Of a stretch of 35,425 nt of DNA, positions 1-8,145 are shown piece after piece (the stretch's first letter is position 1; each line of letters starts with the position of its first letter). Source of the DNA: an uncultured Bacteroidota bacterium (lineage in GTDB: Bacteria > Bacteroidota > Bacteroidia > Flavobacteriales > Flavobacteriaceae); NCBI GenBank assembly GCA_903819815.1, contig CAIJFC010000110.1, positions 1 through 35,425 on the forward strand, written 5' to 3'. Made by a program: the position numbers and the translations under genes. The notes under the pieces were generated by a model. It was given only the letters and a program-made list of their open reading frames with translations, was not told the origin of the DNA and did no database searches.

Positions 1-1
1 A

Positions 2-232
2 ATTTATCACATGAATGAAGAAGCCACTCGTGAAGGGGCTTCAGCAGAGCACCGTCAGAAATGTCAAGAGAAATTAAACGTGCTTTTAGAACAAAGAACG
101 GATCTTTCCACTGCAATTGAAGATTTATTACTTGACTTTGAAAATGGCGACAAATTCATGAAAGTGTACAAGCAAATGAAAATGTACAATGACGATGATT
201 TAAATCCGGTTTTGTATCAGAATAAAAAATAA
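2..232 (+). CDS. C-terminal part of a DUF4254-family protein (5' truncated by window edge)
   Basis: Frame is open from position 2 (IYHMNEEATR...LLEQRTDLS...MKVYKQMKMYNDDDLNPVLY). The KxYKQMKMYND..LNP C-terminus and the position upstream of a GT9 gene match the Bacteroidetes DUF4254 family as I recall it. Confidence 0.75.
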   Translation: MYHMNEEATREGASAEHRQKCQEKLNVLLEQRTDLSTAIEDLLLDFENGDKFMKVYKQMKMYNDDDLNPVLYQNKK

Positions 233-245
233 TTGACACTTTAAA

Positions 246-1277
246 TTGTCAAATCCAATTGAACATATAGCCGTCATGAGACTCTCCGCAATGGGAGATG
301 TTGCCATGACGGTTCCTGTTTTAAAGGCTTTTAACGAAAAATATCCCACCGTTAAAATTACCGTTATTTCAACTCCTTTTTTTCAACCTTTATTTAATGA
401 ACTTCCAAACGTTACCTTTTTATCCTTTGATAAAAAAGCAAAACACAAGGGTTTTCTAGGATTGTTCCGATTGTTTCTAGAATTACGAAAAGGTAAAATC
501 GATGCTTTCGCCGATTTACATAACGTATTGCGTTCAAAAGTAATCAGAGGTTTATTTGCCTTGAGCGGAAAAAAAGTCGCTTTCACCGATAAAGGAAGAA
601 AAGAAAAAAAGGAAGTTACCCGTGCGGTAAATAAAATTTTCAGACCGCTGCCAACTGTTTTTGAAAGACATGCAAAAGTGTTTGAAGCGCTTGGATTTCC
701 TATTAATTTATCGAATCCTAGGTTTCCAGATAAATCGAAGTTATCTTCAGAAATTCTTGCCGTTGTGGGAGAAAAAAACGAAAAATGGATTGGGATTGCG
801 CCATTTGCTCAACACGATTCTAAAGTATATCCGTTGAATTTAATGGAAAAAGTAATTGATCAATTGGCTGAAAACCCAAGCCATAAAATTTTACTTTTTG
901 GTGGAGGAAAAAAGGAAATCGAAGCCTTAGAAATACTTTCTAAATCACATAATAACGTAATTTCTGTTGCCGGAAAATTGAAATTCAACCAAGAAATTCA
1001 ACTCATTAGCAATTTAGATGTCATGTTATCCATGGATTCAGGAAACGGACATATTGCTGCGATTTATGGAGTAAAAACCATCACGCTTTGGGGCGCAACG
1101 CATCCGTATTTAGGATTTTCGCCGTTCCATCAGCCCGAAGAAAACAGCTTGGTTTCTGATAGAAATTTGTATCCAAACTTACCGACATCCATTTATGGAA
1201 ATAAAAAAGTCGATGGTTACGAAGACGCCATGCGCACGATTTTGCCAGAAGAAGTTGTTGAAAAAGTGTTGAAATAG
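246..1277 (+). CDS. Glycosyltransferase family 9 (ADP-heptose:LPS heptosyltransferase-like)
   Basis: RLSAMGDVA N-terminal motif and DSGNGHIAA / LWGAT C-terminal motifs typical of GT9; TTG start. Confidence 0.9.
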   Translation: MSNPIEHIAVMRLSAMGDVAMTVPVLKAFNEKYPTVKITVISTPFFQPLFNELPNVTFLSFDKKAKHKGFLGLFRLFLELRKGKIDAFADLHNVLRSKVIRGLFALSGKKVAFTDKGRKEKKEVTRAVNKIFRPLPTVFERHAKVFEALGFPINLSNPRFPDKSKLSSEILAVVGEKNEKWIGIAPFAQHDSKVYPLNLMEKVIDQLAENPSHKILLFGGGKKEIEALEILSKSHNNVISVAGKLKFNQEIQLISNLDVMLSMDSGNGHIAAIYGVKTITLWGATHPYLGFSPFHQPEENSLVSDRNLYPNLPTSIYGNKKVDGYEDAMRTILPEEVVEKVLK

Positions 1278-1280
1278 CAA

Positions 1281-1329
1281 TTTCAAAAATCATCAATCTA
1301 AATTCTTAAATCTAAGATCTGCAATCACT
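1281..1329. repeat. Degenerate tandem heptamer array between convergent genes
   Basis: TTTCAAA AATCATC AATCTAA ATTCTTA AATCTAA GATCTGC AATCACT: seven in-phase 7-mers, all with TC at positions 3-4. Confidence 0.6.
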
Positions 1330-2381
1330 TAAACGTCGTCGAAATCTACGAAAATCGTATCCGATGTAGGGTGCGCTTGACATGTTAAAACCAATCCTTC
1401 GGCCAATTCTTTATCAGTAAGTATAGAATTTTTCTTCATTTCGGCAGTTCCCACAGTTACTCTCGCCATGCAGCTACTACAAATTCCGCCTTGGCAAGAA
1501 TACGGAGCATCAATTCCTTGTTTCAAAGCTGCCTCAAGAATGGTTTGCTTTTGCGACATTTCGAAACTGGTTTCTTCATCGTCCACTAAAATGGTGATTT
1601 TAGAATGACCGCCCAACGATTCTTGGATTTTATTTTCAGAATTAGAACTAGTAAAAAGTTCGAATTTTATATTTTTTTCGGGTACGTTATGCTCTTTTAA
1701 AACGGCCGAAACAGTGTTGATCATTTCTTCCGGTCCGCACAAATAGAATTTGTCAAAAGACAATTCTTTGTGTTTGTTGTTCAAGACAAAATTCACCGTG
1801 GATTTTTCAATACGGCCAAAAAGTTCGTTTTCAACTTTCGCTTGTGTGTAAGCATAATGTACAAAAAAGCGCCCAACATAGTGTGATTGTAAATCGTGTA
1901 ATTCTTGATGAAAAATAGTGTCTTCTGGCGTTTTATTTCCGTAAACCAACACAAAAGTGCTTTTTGGCTCGCCTGTTAAAACGCTTTTTGCAATAGACAT
2001 AATTGGCGTGATTCCGCTGCCAGCTGCAAATGCAGCGTAATTTCGTTGGCGATCGTGCTGCGGTTCAAAGGTAAATTTTCCTTCAGGACTTCCCACTTCA
2101 AGAAGGTCTCCCGCTTTTAATTTTGCATTAGAAAATTGCGAAAACAAACCGTTTTTAACCGCTTTTACTGCAATTCTAAGTTCGCCACTTTCCGGTGCAG
2201 AACAGATAGAATAGGCACGACGAATTTCTTCTCCGTCTAAAGTTAATTTTAAGTTGAGGTACTGTCCAGCCACGAATTTATAGTTGGATTGTAATTCTGC
2301 GGGAACATTAAATAGAATAGAAACGGCGTCTTTGGTTTCGCGTTTTACCTCTTTAATGTTTAATTTATAAAATGAAGACAT
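1329..2381 (-). CDS. Ferredoxin--NAD(P) reductase with C-terminal 2Fe-2S domain (PaaE/PaaK-like)
   Basis: RAYSI FAD-binding motif, AAGSGITP NAD-binding motif, YLCGP, and 2Fe-2S motif CQGGICSSC...LTCQ. Confidence 0.92.
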   Translation of the reverse strand: MSSFYKLNIKEVKRETKDAVSILFNVPAELQSNYKFVAGQYLNLKLTLDGEEIRRAYSICSAPESGELRIAVKAVKNGLFSQFSNAKLKAGDLLEVGSPEGKFTFEPQHDRQRNYAAFAAGSGITPIMSIAKSVLTGEPKSTFVLVYGNKTPEDTIFHQELHDLQSHYVGRFFVHYAYTQAKVENELFGRIEKSTVNFVLNNKHKELSFDKFYLCGPEEMINTVSAVLKEHNVPEKNIKFELFTSSNSENKIQESLGGHSKITILVDDEETSFEMSQKQTILEAALKQGIDAPYSCQGGICSSCMARVTVGTAEMKKNSILTDKELAEGLVLTCQAHPTSDTIFVDFDDV

Positions 2382-2395
2382 TGATTTATTTTTTG

Positions 2396-2403
2396 CAAAG
2401 ATA
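2396..2403 (-). promoter_or_regulatory. Bacteroidetes sigma70 -7 box (TATCTTTG) for the ferredoxin reductase
   Basis: CAAAGATA on + strand is TAnnTTTG on - strand, 14 nt upstream of the ATG. Confidence 0.7.
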
Positions 2404-2490
2404 GCAAACGAATTAGGTTTATGAAAATGATAATTGTCAGTTTTTTAAGACCGCTGAAGATCGGTTATATAAGTATCTTAATTCCAGGTT

Positions 2491-2521
2491 AAATTCCCAA
2501 TTTCCCAATTAATAATTTCCC
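2491..2521. repeat. Short degenerate octamer repeat (AATTTCCC)
   Basis: AAATTCCC AATTTCCC AATTAAT AATTTCCC, directly followed by a -7-like TATATTTA. Confidence 0.45.
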
Positions 2522-2557
2522 TATATTTATAAAAAAATTTTAAACCCAACCAAATCT

Positions 2558-4042
2558 ATGTTCAAACATTTTATCAATCTCGAATTAAAATCTTTTTTGC
2601 GCTCGGCAAGTGTTGGAAAGAGTATCGCACTTAAACTATTTTTAGGATTTATTGCGCTGTATTTTATCCTTTCCTTTCTGGTTTTAGGAATAGCACTTTA
2701 CCCAATTCTTCATGAAAATTTTCCCAATCAAAAACCCATTCAATTGGTCAATAATGCGGTTATTTTTTGGTTAACCATCGAATTAATATTTCGTTTTTTT
2801 ATGCAAAGCTTGCCGGTTATGAATATCAAGCCGTTATTAATTTTGCCTATTAAAAGAGAAAAAGTAATTCATTATGTTTTACTGAAAAGCGTTTTTTCAA
2901 TTTATAATTTATTTCCATTATTGGTGATTCTTCCTTTTGGAATAACCACTATTATGGAAGGAAATATTGGCGCAGCTCCTGTTTTAATTTGGATTTTCAC
3001 ACTTTATATTTTGGTTTTAGGTGTAAATTATGCTAACTTTTTAATCAAAAAGAAATTTGCAGATAATATCCTAGCCTTCTTAGTTTTTGCGATATTGGGC
3101 GGAACTTTTGTGGGTTTAGAATATTTCGAAATTTTCAAAATAAGCAGTTTCACAGGAACTATTTTAAACAGTTTATTATTAAATCCAATTCTAGTTCTAG
3201 CGCCTTTATTGCTTTTATCCGGGTTGTATTTTTGGAATTATAATTATCTAAAAAGCAATTTTTACATAGACAATACCTTAAGAACAAAAATCAAAGAAGC
3301 GAAAACAACCGATTTAAGTTGGACCAAACGCTTTGGCGAAATTGCACCTTTTTTGCAATTGGATTTAAAGTTAATTTGGAGAAATAAAAGACCGCGAACA
3401 ACGGTTTTTATGTCATTTATCTTTTTACTTTATGGATTAATGATTTACACCAACCCTAGGCAAAGTGAAATATCCTTTCTTAATCTTGTGGTTGGTCTTT
3501 TAATGTCGGGAATATTTATGCTCAATTTCGGACAATTTATTCCATCATGGGATTCTAGTTATTTTGGAATGATCCTATCGCAAAACATCACTTTCCGAAA
3601 ATATTTAGACTCCAAAGTGGGATTAATGTCATTTTCGGTAGTTGTTTTAGCTTTACTAACCACGCCCTACGTTTATTTTGGCTGGAATGTTTTGGCAACT
3701 AATTTGGCTTGCGCCCTTTATAATCTCGGAATTAATATTCCCGTTCTAATGTTTGCAGGTTCTTTTAATGTGAAGCGCATTGATTTAGAAAAATCACCTT
3801 TTATGAATTACCAAGGAACCGGTGCCGCTCAATGGATTGTGGGGCTGCCATTATTTCTAATTCCTGGGCTTATTTTCTTTATTTTCTCGGAGCTATTCAA
3901 CATCGAAACAGCTATTATCGCCATTGCAGCCATCGGATTTATTGGGTTGCTTTTTAGAAATACGTTGATGAATTTTATAACTAAAGGATATCAAACTAGA
4001 AAATACGCCACTTTAAACGGATTTAAACAACAAGAAAATTAA
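2558..4042 (+). CDS. Multi-TM ABC exporter permease (DUF5687-like)
   Basis: About 12 hydrophobic segments in two halves; LIWRNKRPR motif; immediately upstream of an ABC ATPase. Confidence 0.75.
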   Translation: MFKHFINLELKSFLRSASVGKSIALKLFLGFIALYFILSFLVLGIALYPILHENFPNQKPIQLVNNAVIFWLTIELIFRFFMQSLPVMNIKPLLILPIKREKVIHYVLLKSVFSIYNLFPLLVILPFGITTIMEGNIGAAPVLIWIFTLYILVLGVNYANFLIKKKFADNILAFLVFAILGGTFVGLEYFEIFKISSFTGTILNSLLLNPILVLAPLLLLSGLYFWNYNYLKSNFYIDNTLRTKIKEAKTTDLSWTKRFGEIAPFLQLDLKLIWRNKRPRTTVFMSFIFLLYGLMIYTNPRQSEISFLNLVVGLLMSGIFMLNFGQFIPSWDSSYFGMILSQNITFRKYLDSKVGLMSFSVVVLALLTTPYVYFGWNVLATNLACALYNLGINIPVLMFAGSFNVKRIDLEKSPFMNYQGTGAAQWIVGLPLFLIPGLIFFIFSELFNIETAIIAIAAIGFIGLLFRNTLMNFITKGYQTRKYATLNGFKQQEN

Positions 4043-4076
4043 CCGATTAAACAAATTATCAATTAACCGAATAAAC
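4039..4076. repeat. Degenerate tandem octamer array (TTAACCGA)
   Basis: TTAACCGA TTAAACAA ATTATCAA TTAACCGA ATAAAC; the first unit contains the upstream gene's TAA stop. Confidence 0.6.
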
Positions 4077-4084
4077 TTTTTTTA

Positions 4085-4780
4085 ATGATACAAGTAACTC
4101 AACTTTCAAAAACATACAACGGAACTACCGTATTGAATATCCCCAACTTGGAAATCCCAAAAGGACAAAGCTTTGGATTAGTAGGAAACAATGGCGCTGG
4201 AAAAACCACTTTTTTCAGTTTGCTTTTGGATTTAATCCAACCCACCACTGGGACATTAACCAACAATGAAATTCAGGTGAACACCAGCGAAGACTGGAAA
4301 CCGTTCACCTCCGCCTTCCTAGACGAATCATTTTTAATAGGGTACTTAACTGCCGAAGAATACTTTTATTTCATTGGCGACATCCGCGGGCAAAACAAAG
4401 CCGATGTAAATGCTTTGCTTGAAAAACACGAAGAATTTTTCAACGATGAAATCTTAAGAAATAAAAAATATTTACGTGATTTATCGAAAGGGAACCAGAA
4501 AAAAGTCGGTATTATTGCCACGCTAATTGGTAACCCAAAAGTCGTAATTTTGGACGAACCGTTTGCCAATTTAGATCCAACAACGGTAAGCCGTCTAAAG
4601 AAAATCATTAAAGAATTGGCCGAAAATCCTGATATTACCGTATTGGTTTCCAGCCATGATTTGCAACACACCGTTGAGGTTTGTGACCGAATTGTAGCTT
4701 TAAACAAAGGTGAAATTGTAAAAGACATCGTGACTTCTGCAGAAACGTTGAAGGAATTAGAAGCGTTTTTCGCAGTTTAA
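4085..4780 (+). CDS. ABC transporter ATP-binding protein
   Basis: Walker A GNNGAGKT, signature LSKGNQKK, Walker B VVILDEP, H-loop SSH. Confidence 0.95.
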   Translation: MIQVTQLSKTYNGTTVLNIPNLEIPKGQSFGLVGNNGAGKTTFFSLLLDLIQPTTGTLTNNEIQVNTSEDWKPFTSAFLDESFLIGYLTAEEYFYFIGDIRGQNKADVNALLEKHEEFFNDEILRNKKYLRDLSKGNQKKVGIIATLIGNPKVVILDEPFANLDPTTVSRLKKIIKELAENPDITVLVSSHDLQHTVEVCDRIVALNKGEIVKDIVTSAETLKELEAFFAV

Positions 4781-4800
4781 TTTGGGCGTGCCCTCGTTAC

Positions 4801-4829
4801 ACCTCACCGGTTTTCAAAACCTGTCAGGT
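4801..4829. repeat. REP-like palindrome, copy 1 (imperfect)
   Basis: ACCTCACCGGTTTT-C-AAAACCTGTCAGGT: 14-bp arms with 2 mismatches; near-identical to the copy at 5160-5186. Confidence 0.85.
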
Positions 4830-4858
4830 ATAAAAATTATTAGATTAATTTAAAATGT

Positions 4859-5164
4859 ATGAAAGAGACTTCAACCCTATTTAAAAATTCGAAAACTAGT
4901 AAAGTAGTTTTTATCTTGAGTATTTTGTTTTCAGGTTTCTGGTGCTTGGGACAGGTCATAAATGTGTATCGTTTTACTTTAGTTGGAGTACTATATGAGA
5001 TTCTGTGGCTTCCGGCTTTAGTGATTTTATGTTTACTGCCACTATTTTCTTTGCTATTTTTGTTAAAAGAAAAAGGCACTAACAAGTCTTTTTATATTTA
5101 TTCTATAACAATCAGTCTCGCTACTTTTTTGTTTATGTTTTTTTTAACTAAAGATAAATCCTGA
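4859..5164 (+). CDS. Small hypothetical membrane protein (about 3 TM) between two palindromes
   Basis: 101-aa ORF with ATG start and three hydrophobic stretches separated by basic loops; its TGA stop lies inside the second palindrome. Confidence 0.65.
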   Translation: MKETSTLFKNSKTSKVVFILSILFSGFWCLGQVINVYRFTLVGVLYEILWLPALVILCLLPLFSLLFLLKEKGTNKSFYIYSITISLATFLFMFFLTKDKS

Positions 5165-5186
5165 CAGGTTTTCAAAACCTGTCAGG
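5160..5186. repeat. REP-like palindrome, copy 2 (perfect)
   Basis: CCTGACAGGTTTT-C-AAAACCTGTCAGG: perfect 13-bp inverted repeat; each arm contains its own palindrome CCTG-W-CAGG. Confidence 0.9.
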
Positions 5187-5252
5187 TTTACAGAAATCAC
5201 AATTAGTTTTCCAAAAAACCCCCTGAACCTTTTCTAGTGTCAAAAAGAAGTG

Positions 5253-5290
5253 TATTTTTACGTGTTATATACTAAAATCGCGATTTAGTA
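5253..5290 (+). promoter_or_regulatory. Putative sprE promoter (-7-like TATTTTTA) followed by a dyad element
   Basis: TATTTTTA at 5253-5260 (1 mismatch to TAnnTTTG); TACTAAAATCG/CGATTTAGTA dyad at 5270-5290. Confidence 0.45.
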
Positions 5291-5314
5291 GTTTAAGAAT
5301 AAAATCTTTTCAAA

Positions 5315-8137
5315 TTGAAAAACAATATATTTAAATATTCGTTCACCCTAGGTTTTGTCCTTTTATTGATAGCTTGTTCTACCAAAAGGGACACTTTTGT
5401 ATCTAGAAATATGCACGCCCTAAGCGCCAGAGACAATATTTTATACAACGGCCAAATAGCATTAGACAAAGGGATTGCCGATCTTAAAGGTACTTATAAA
5501 GACAACTTTTGGGAAACATTGCCCATCGAAAGAATGCAGGTTACCAAGGAAGAAGACCAGCCTGAAACAGCCAAAAACGCCAACTTTGAACGCTCCGAAA
5601 CTAAGGCTACAAAAGCTATTCAAAAACATTCCATGAATATCAATGGGATTGAGAGAAACTACCAAATGGACGAGGCCTATTTATTGTTAGGAAAAACAAG
5701 GTATTACGACCAAAGATTTATTCCCGCATTAGAAGCGTTTAATTATGTTTTATACAAATCGCCAACCAGCGATAAAATCCTAGAAGCTAGAATTTGGAGA
5801 GAAAAAACCAATATGCGTTTGGAAAATGATGAGTTGGCATTAAAAAATCTAAAATACATTCTTAAAGATAGTAGACTTAAAAAACAGATTTTAGCTGATG
5901 CTAAAGCCACGATTTCTCAAGCATTCATTAATGTTGGAAAAAAAGACAGCGCAATTGCAAGCCTAAAATTAGCGACTCAGTTTACAAAATCGAAAGAGGA
6001 AAAAGCAAGATATCGTTTTATTTTAGCTCAAATTTATCAAGAACTAGGTTATAAAGACAGTGCAGCAATTGCTTATCAATCGGTTATTGATATGAAACGA
6101 AAATCTCCAAGAATTTATGTAATTCATGCCAAAGTCAATAAAGCACAATTGTCTGGATATGAAAAAACAGACTCGATTTCGTTCCTAAAAACATTCAACA
6201 AACTCCTTGCGGATAGAGAAAACCGCCCTTTTTTAGACGTGCTTCACCATCACTTAGCGCTATATTATGATAAAAATAATAAAATTGGAACTGCTAAAAA
6301 AGAATACAATAAATCTCTAAAAGCAAAAACAGGAGACACTTATACCATTGCATCGAACTATAGAAACTTGGCTGCTATTTATTTTAAAGAAGCCAAATAT
6401 CCAGACGCAGGAAAGTATTTTGACAGTACATTGGTTCAATTAAAACCTCGATCACGTGAATTTAGATTTATAAAAAAGAAGCGCGAAAATTTAGACGATG
6501 TAATAAAATACGAGGGAATTGCCAATAGAAACGACAGCGTGATTAACGTTTTTAAAATGTCGGAATTGGACAGAATTACCTATTATGAAAAGTACATTCT
6601 AAAATTAAAAAAAGAAGACGATCTTAAGAAAGCAATAGCCGCAAAAGCAGACGAAAAGAACAAACAAAACAACAATACAGCCGGTGGTCCGCCATTAAGC
6701 GGAACAGACGCAAAAAATTCAGCAAGTCAAAAAGGGGAAGCTCCACCGATGAATTTGCAAGCATCAACAAGTATTGGCAAAGAAAGCGATTTTTATTTCT
6801 ACAACACAAAATCGGTGGCATATGGAAAACTCCAGTTTAAAAAAACCTGGGGGAATCGTGCCTATAAAAACAATTGGAGATTGTCATCTGAGGCAGCAAC
6901 CAATAACAATAATGATCCAAATTTAAATAATGATCCTAATGTAGACACTTCAATTGCGAAGGATGAAAAAACCGAAGAAAAATATACGGCTTCCTTTTAT
7001 TTGAAAGACTTACCAACCAATCAAATAGTGATTGACAGTATAATTAGAGAAAGAAATTTTGCCTATTATCAGTTGGGGTCTATTTATAAAGAAAAATTCA
7101 AGGAATACCAGCTTGCTGCAAATAAATTAGAGCAATTATTGAATTACAATCCGGAGGAAAGATTGGTGCTTCCGTCAATGTATAATCTCTATAAAATTTA
7201 CGAAATCATCAATAAAGAAAAGGCTTTAGCGATTAAAGAAAAAATTATAAGCCAATTTCCAAATTCAAGATATGCTGAAATTTTAAGCAATACCAACCCT
7301 GAAATTGCAGCGGTTGACGCTCCTGAAGTTACCTACAACAAACTTTATAAATTATACGAAAAGGGAGATTACAGGATAGTAAATGAAGAATTAGAAAAAG
7401 GAATTGATCAATTTGAAGGGGAAGAAATAGTTGCGAAATACGAGTTATTGAAAGCCAACACCACAGGGAAATTAAAAGGAGTAATTGAATATAAAAAGGC
7501 ATTGAATTTTGTAGCTTTAAATTATCCAAACAATATTGAAGGGAAGCAAGCCGAAGAGATAATCAAGAAAGACATTCCTGTTTTGGAGAGTTTTAAATTC
7601 TATTCGGTAGCGCCAAAATCATGGAAAATACTTTATAGACTTCCTTATAATGATGAAAAAAATAATAAAATCTTAAGTGAAAAAATCAAAAAATTTGTGG
7701 CCGATCACCAATTGGATCGCTTGACTTTTTCGGAAGACATCTATAATTCAGAAGATAATTTTATGGTGATTCATGGAATTATTTCAGAACAATTTTCAAA
7801 AGGAATAATTGACACCTTAAGAATTAAAAAGGAATATAAGATCCAGCAAAAACCAATTATAATTAATAATTATAACTATAAAGTGGTCCAAATTAATAAA
7901 AACATCGAAGAATATTTAGTTGCCCCTGTGGTGGCTCCATCTCCAATAGTAAAAGCGCCAGAGCCAAAAACCGTAGAGCCCGCTAAGGAAATAAAAAAGG
8001 AAAATACAACAAACCCGTTAGATGCTCCAGACCAGAAAAACGAAGGGGCTCCCCCTCCAAATATGGACGGAGGAAACGCCATGCCGGTATTGAATAAAGG
8101 CACAATTGAAAAAGAAGAATTAACAAAGCCTAAATAA
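5315..8137 (+). CDS. sprE: T9SS/gliding TPR lipoprotein SprE (PorW)
   Basis: Lipobox LIA-C, conserved N-terminus (HALSARDNILYNG, KATKAIQKHSM), TPR repeats, FYFYN...WGNR..NNWR motif, and position upstream of bactofilin-atp as in Flavobacterium; TTG start. Confidence 0.85.
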   Translation: MKNNIFKYSFTLGFVLLLIACSTKRDTFVSRNMHALSARDNILYNGQIALDKGIADLKGTYKDNFWETLPIERMQVTKEEDQPETAKNANFERSETKATKAIQKHSMNINGIERNYQMDEAYLLLGKTRYYDQRFIPALEAFNYVLYKSPTSDKILEARIWREKTNMRLENDELALKNLKYILKDSRLKKQILADAKATISQAFINVGKKDSAIASLKLATQFTKSKEEKARYRFILAQIYQELGYKDSAAIAYQSVIDMKRKSPRIYVIHAKVNKAQLSGYEKTDSISFLKTFNKLLADRENRPFLDVLHHHLALYYDKNNKIGTAKKEYNKSLKAKTGDTYTIASNYRNLAAIYFKEAKYPDAGKYFDSTLVQLKPRSREFRFIKKKRENLDDVIKYEGIANRNDSVINVFKMSELDRITYYEKYILKLKKEDDLKKAIAAKADEKNKQNNNTAGGPPLSGTDAKNSASQKGEAPPMNLQASTSIGKESDFYFYNTKSVAYGKLQFKKTWGNRAYKNNWRLSSEAATNNNNDPNLNNDPNVDTSIAKDEKTEEKYTASFYLKDLPTNQIVIDSIIRERNFAYYQLGSIYKEKFKEYQLAANKLEQLLNYNPEERLVLPSMYNLYKIYEIINKEKALAIKEKIISQFPNSRYAEILSNTNPEIAAVDAPEVTYNKLYKLYEKGDYRIVNEELEKGIDQFEGEEIVAKYELLKANTTGKLKGVIEYKKALNFVALNYPNNIEGKQAEEIIKKDIPVLESFKFYSVAPKSWKILYRLPYNDEKNNKILSEKIKKFVADHQLDRLTFSEDIYNSEDNFMVIHGIISEQFSKGIIDTLRIKKEYKIQQKPIIINNYNYKVVQINKNIEEYLVAPVVAPSPIVKAPEPKTVEPAKEIKKENTTNPLDAPDQKNEGAPPPNMDGGNAMPVLNKGTIEKEELTKPK

Positions 8138-8145
8138 GTAACCCC

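Noticed and set aside
4801-5187. CRISPR array or autonomous IS interpretation of the 29-bp repeats
   Set aside because: Only two copies, separated by about 330 bp containing an ORF; no cas genes, and the ORF is hydrophobic rather than transposase-like.
6900-6945. NNNNDPNLNNDPN micro-repeat and Pro-rich tail in SprE
   Set aside because: Ordinary low-complexity linker variation; in frame, with no phase-variable tract.
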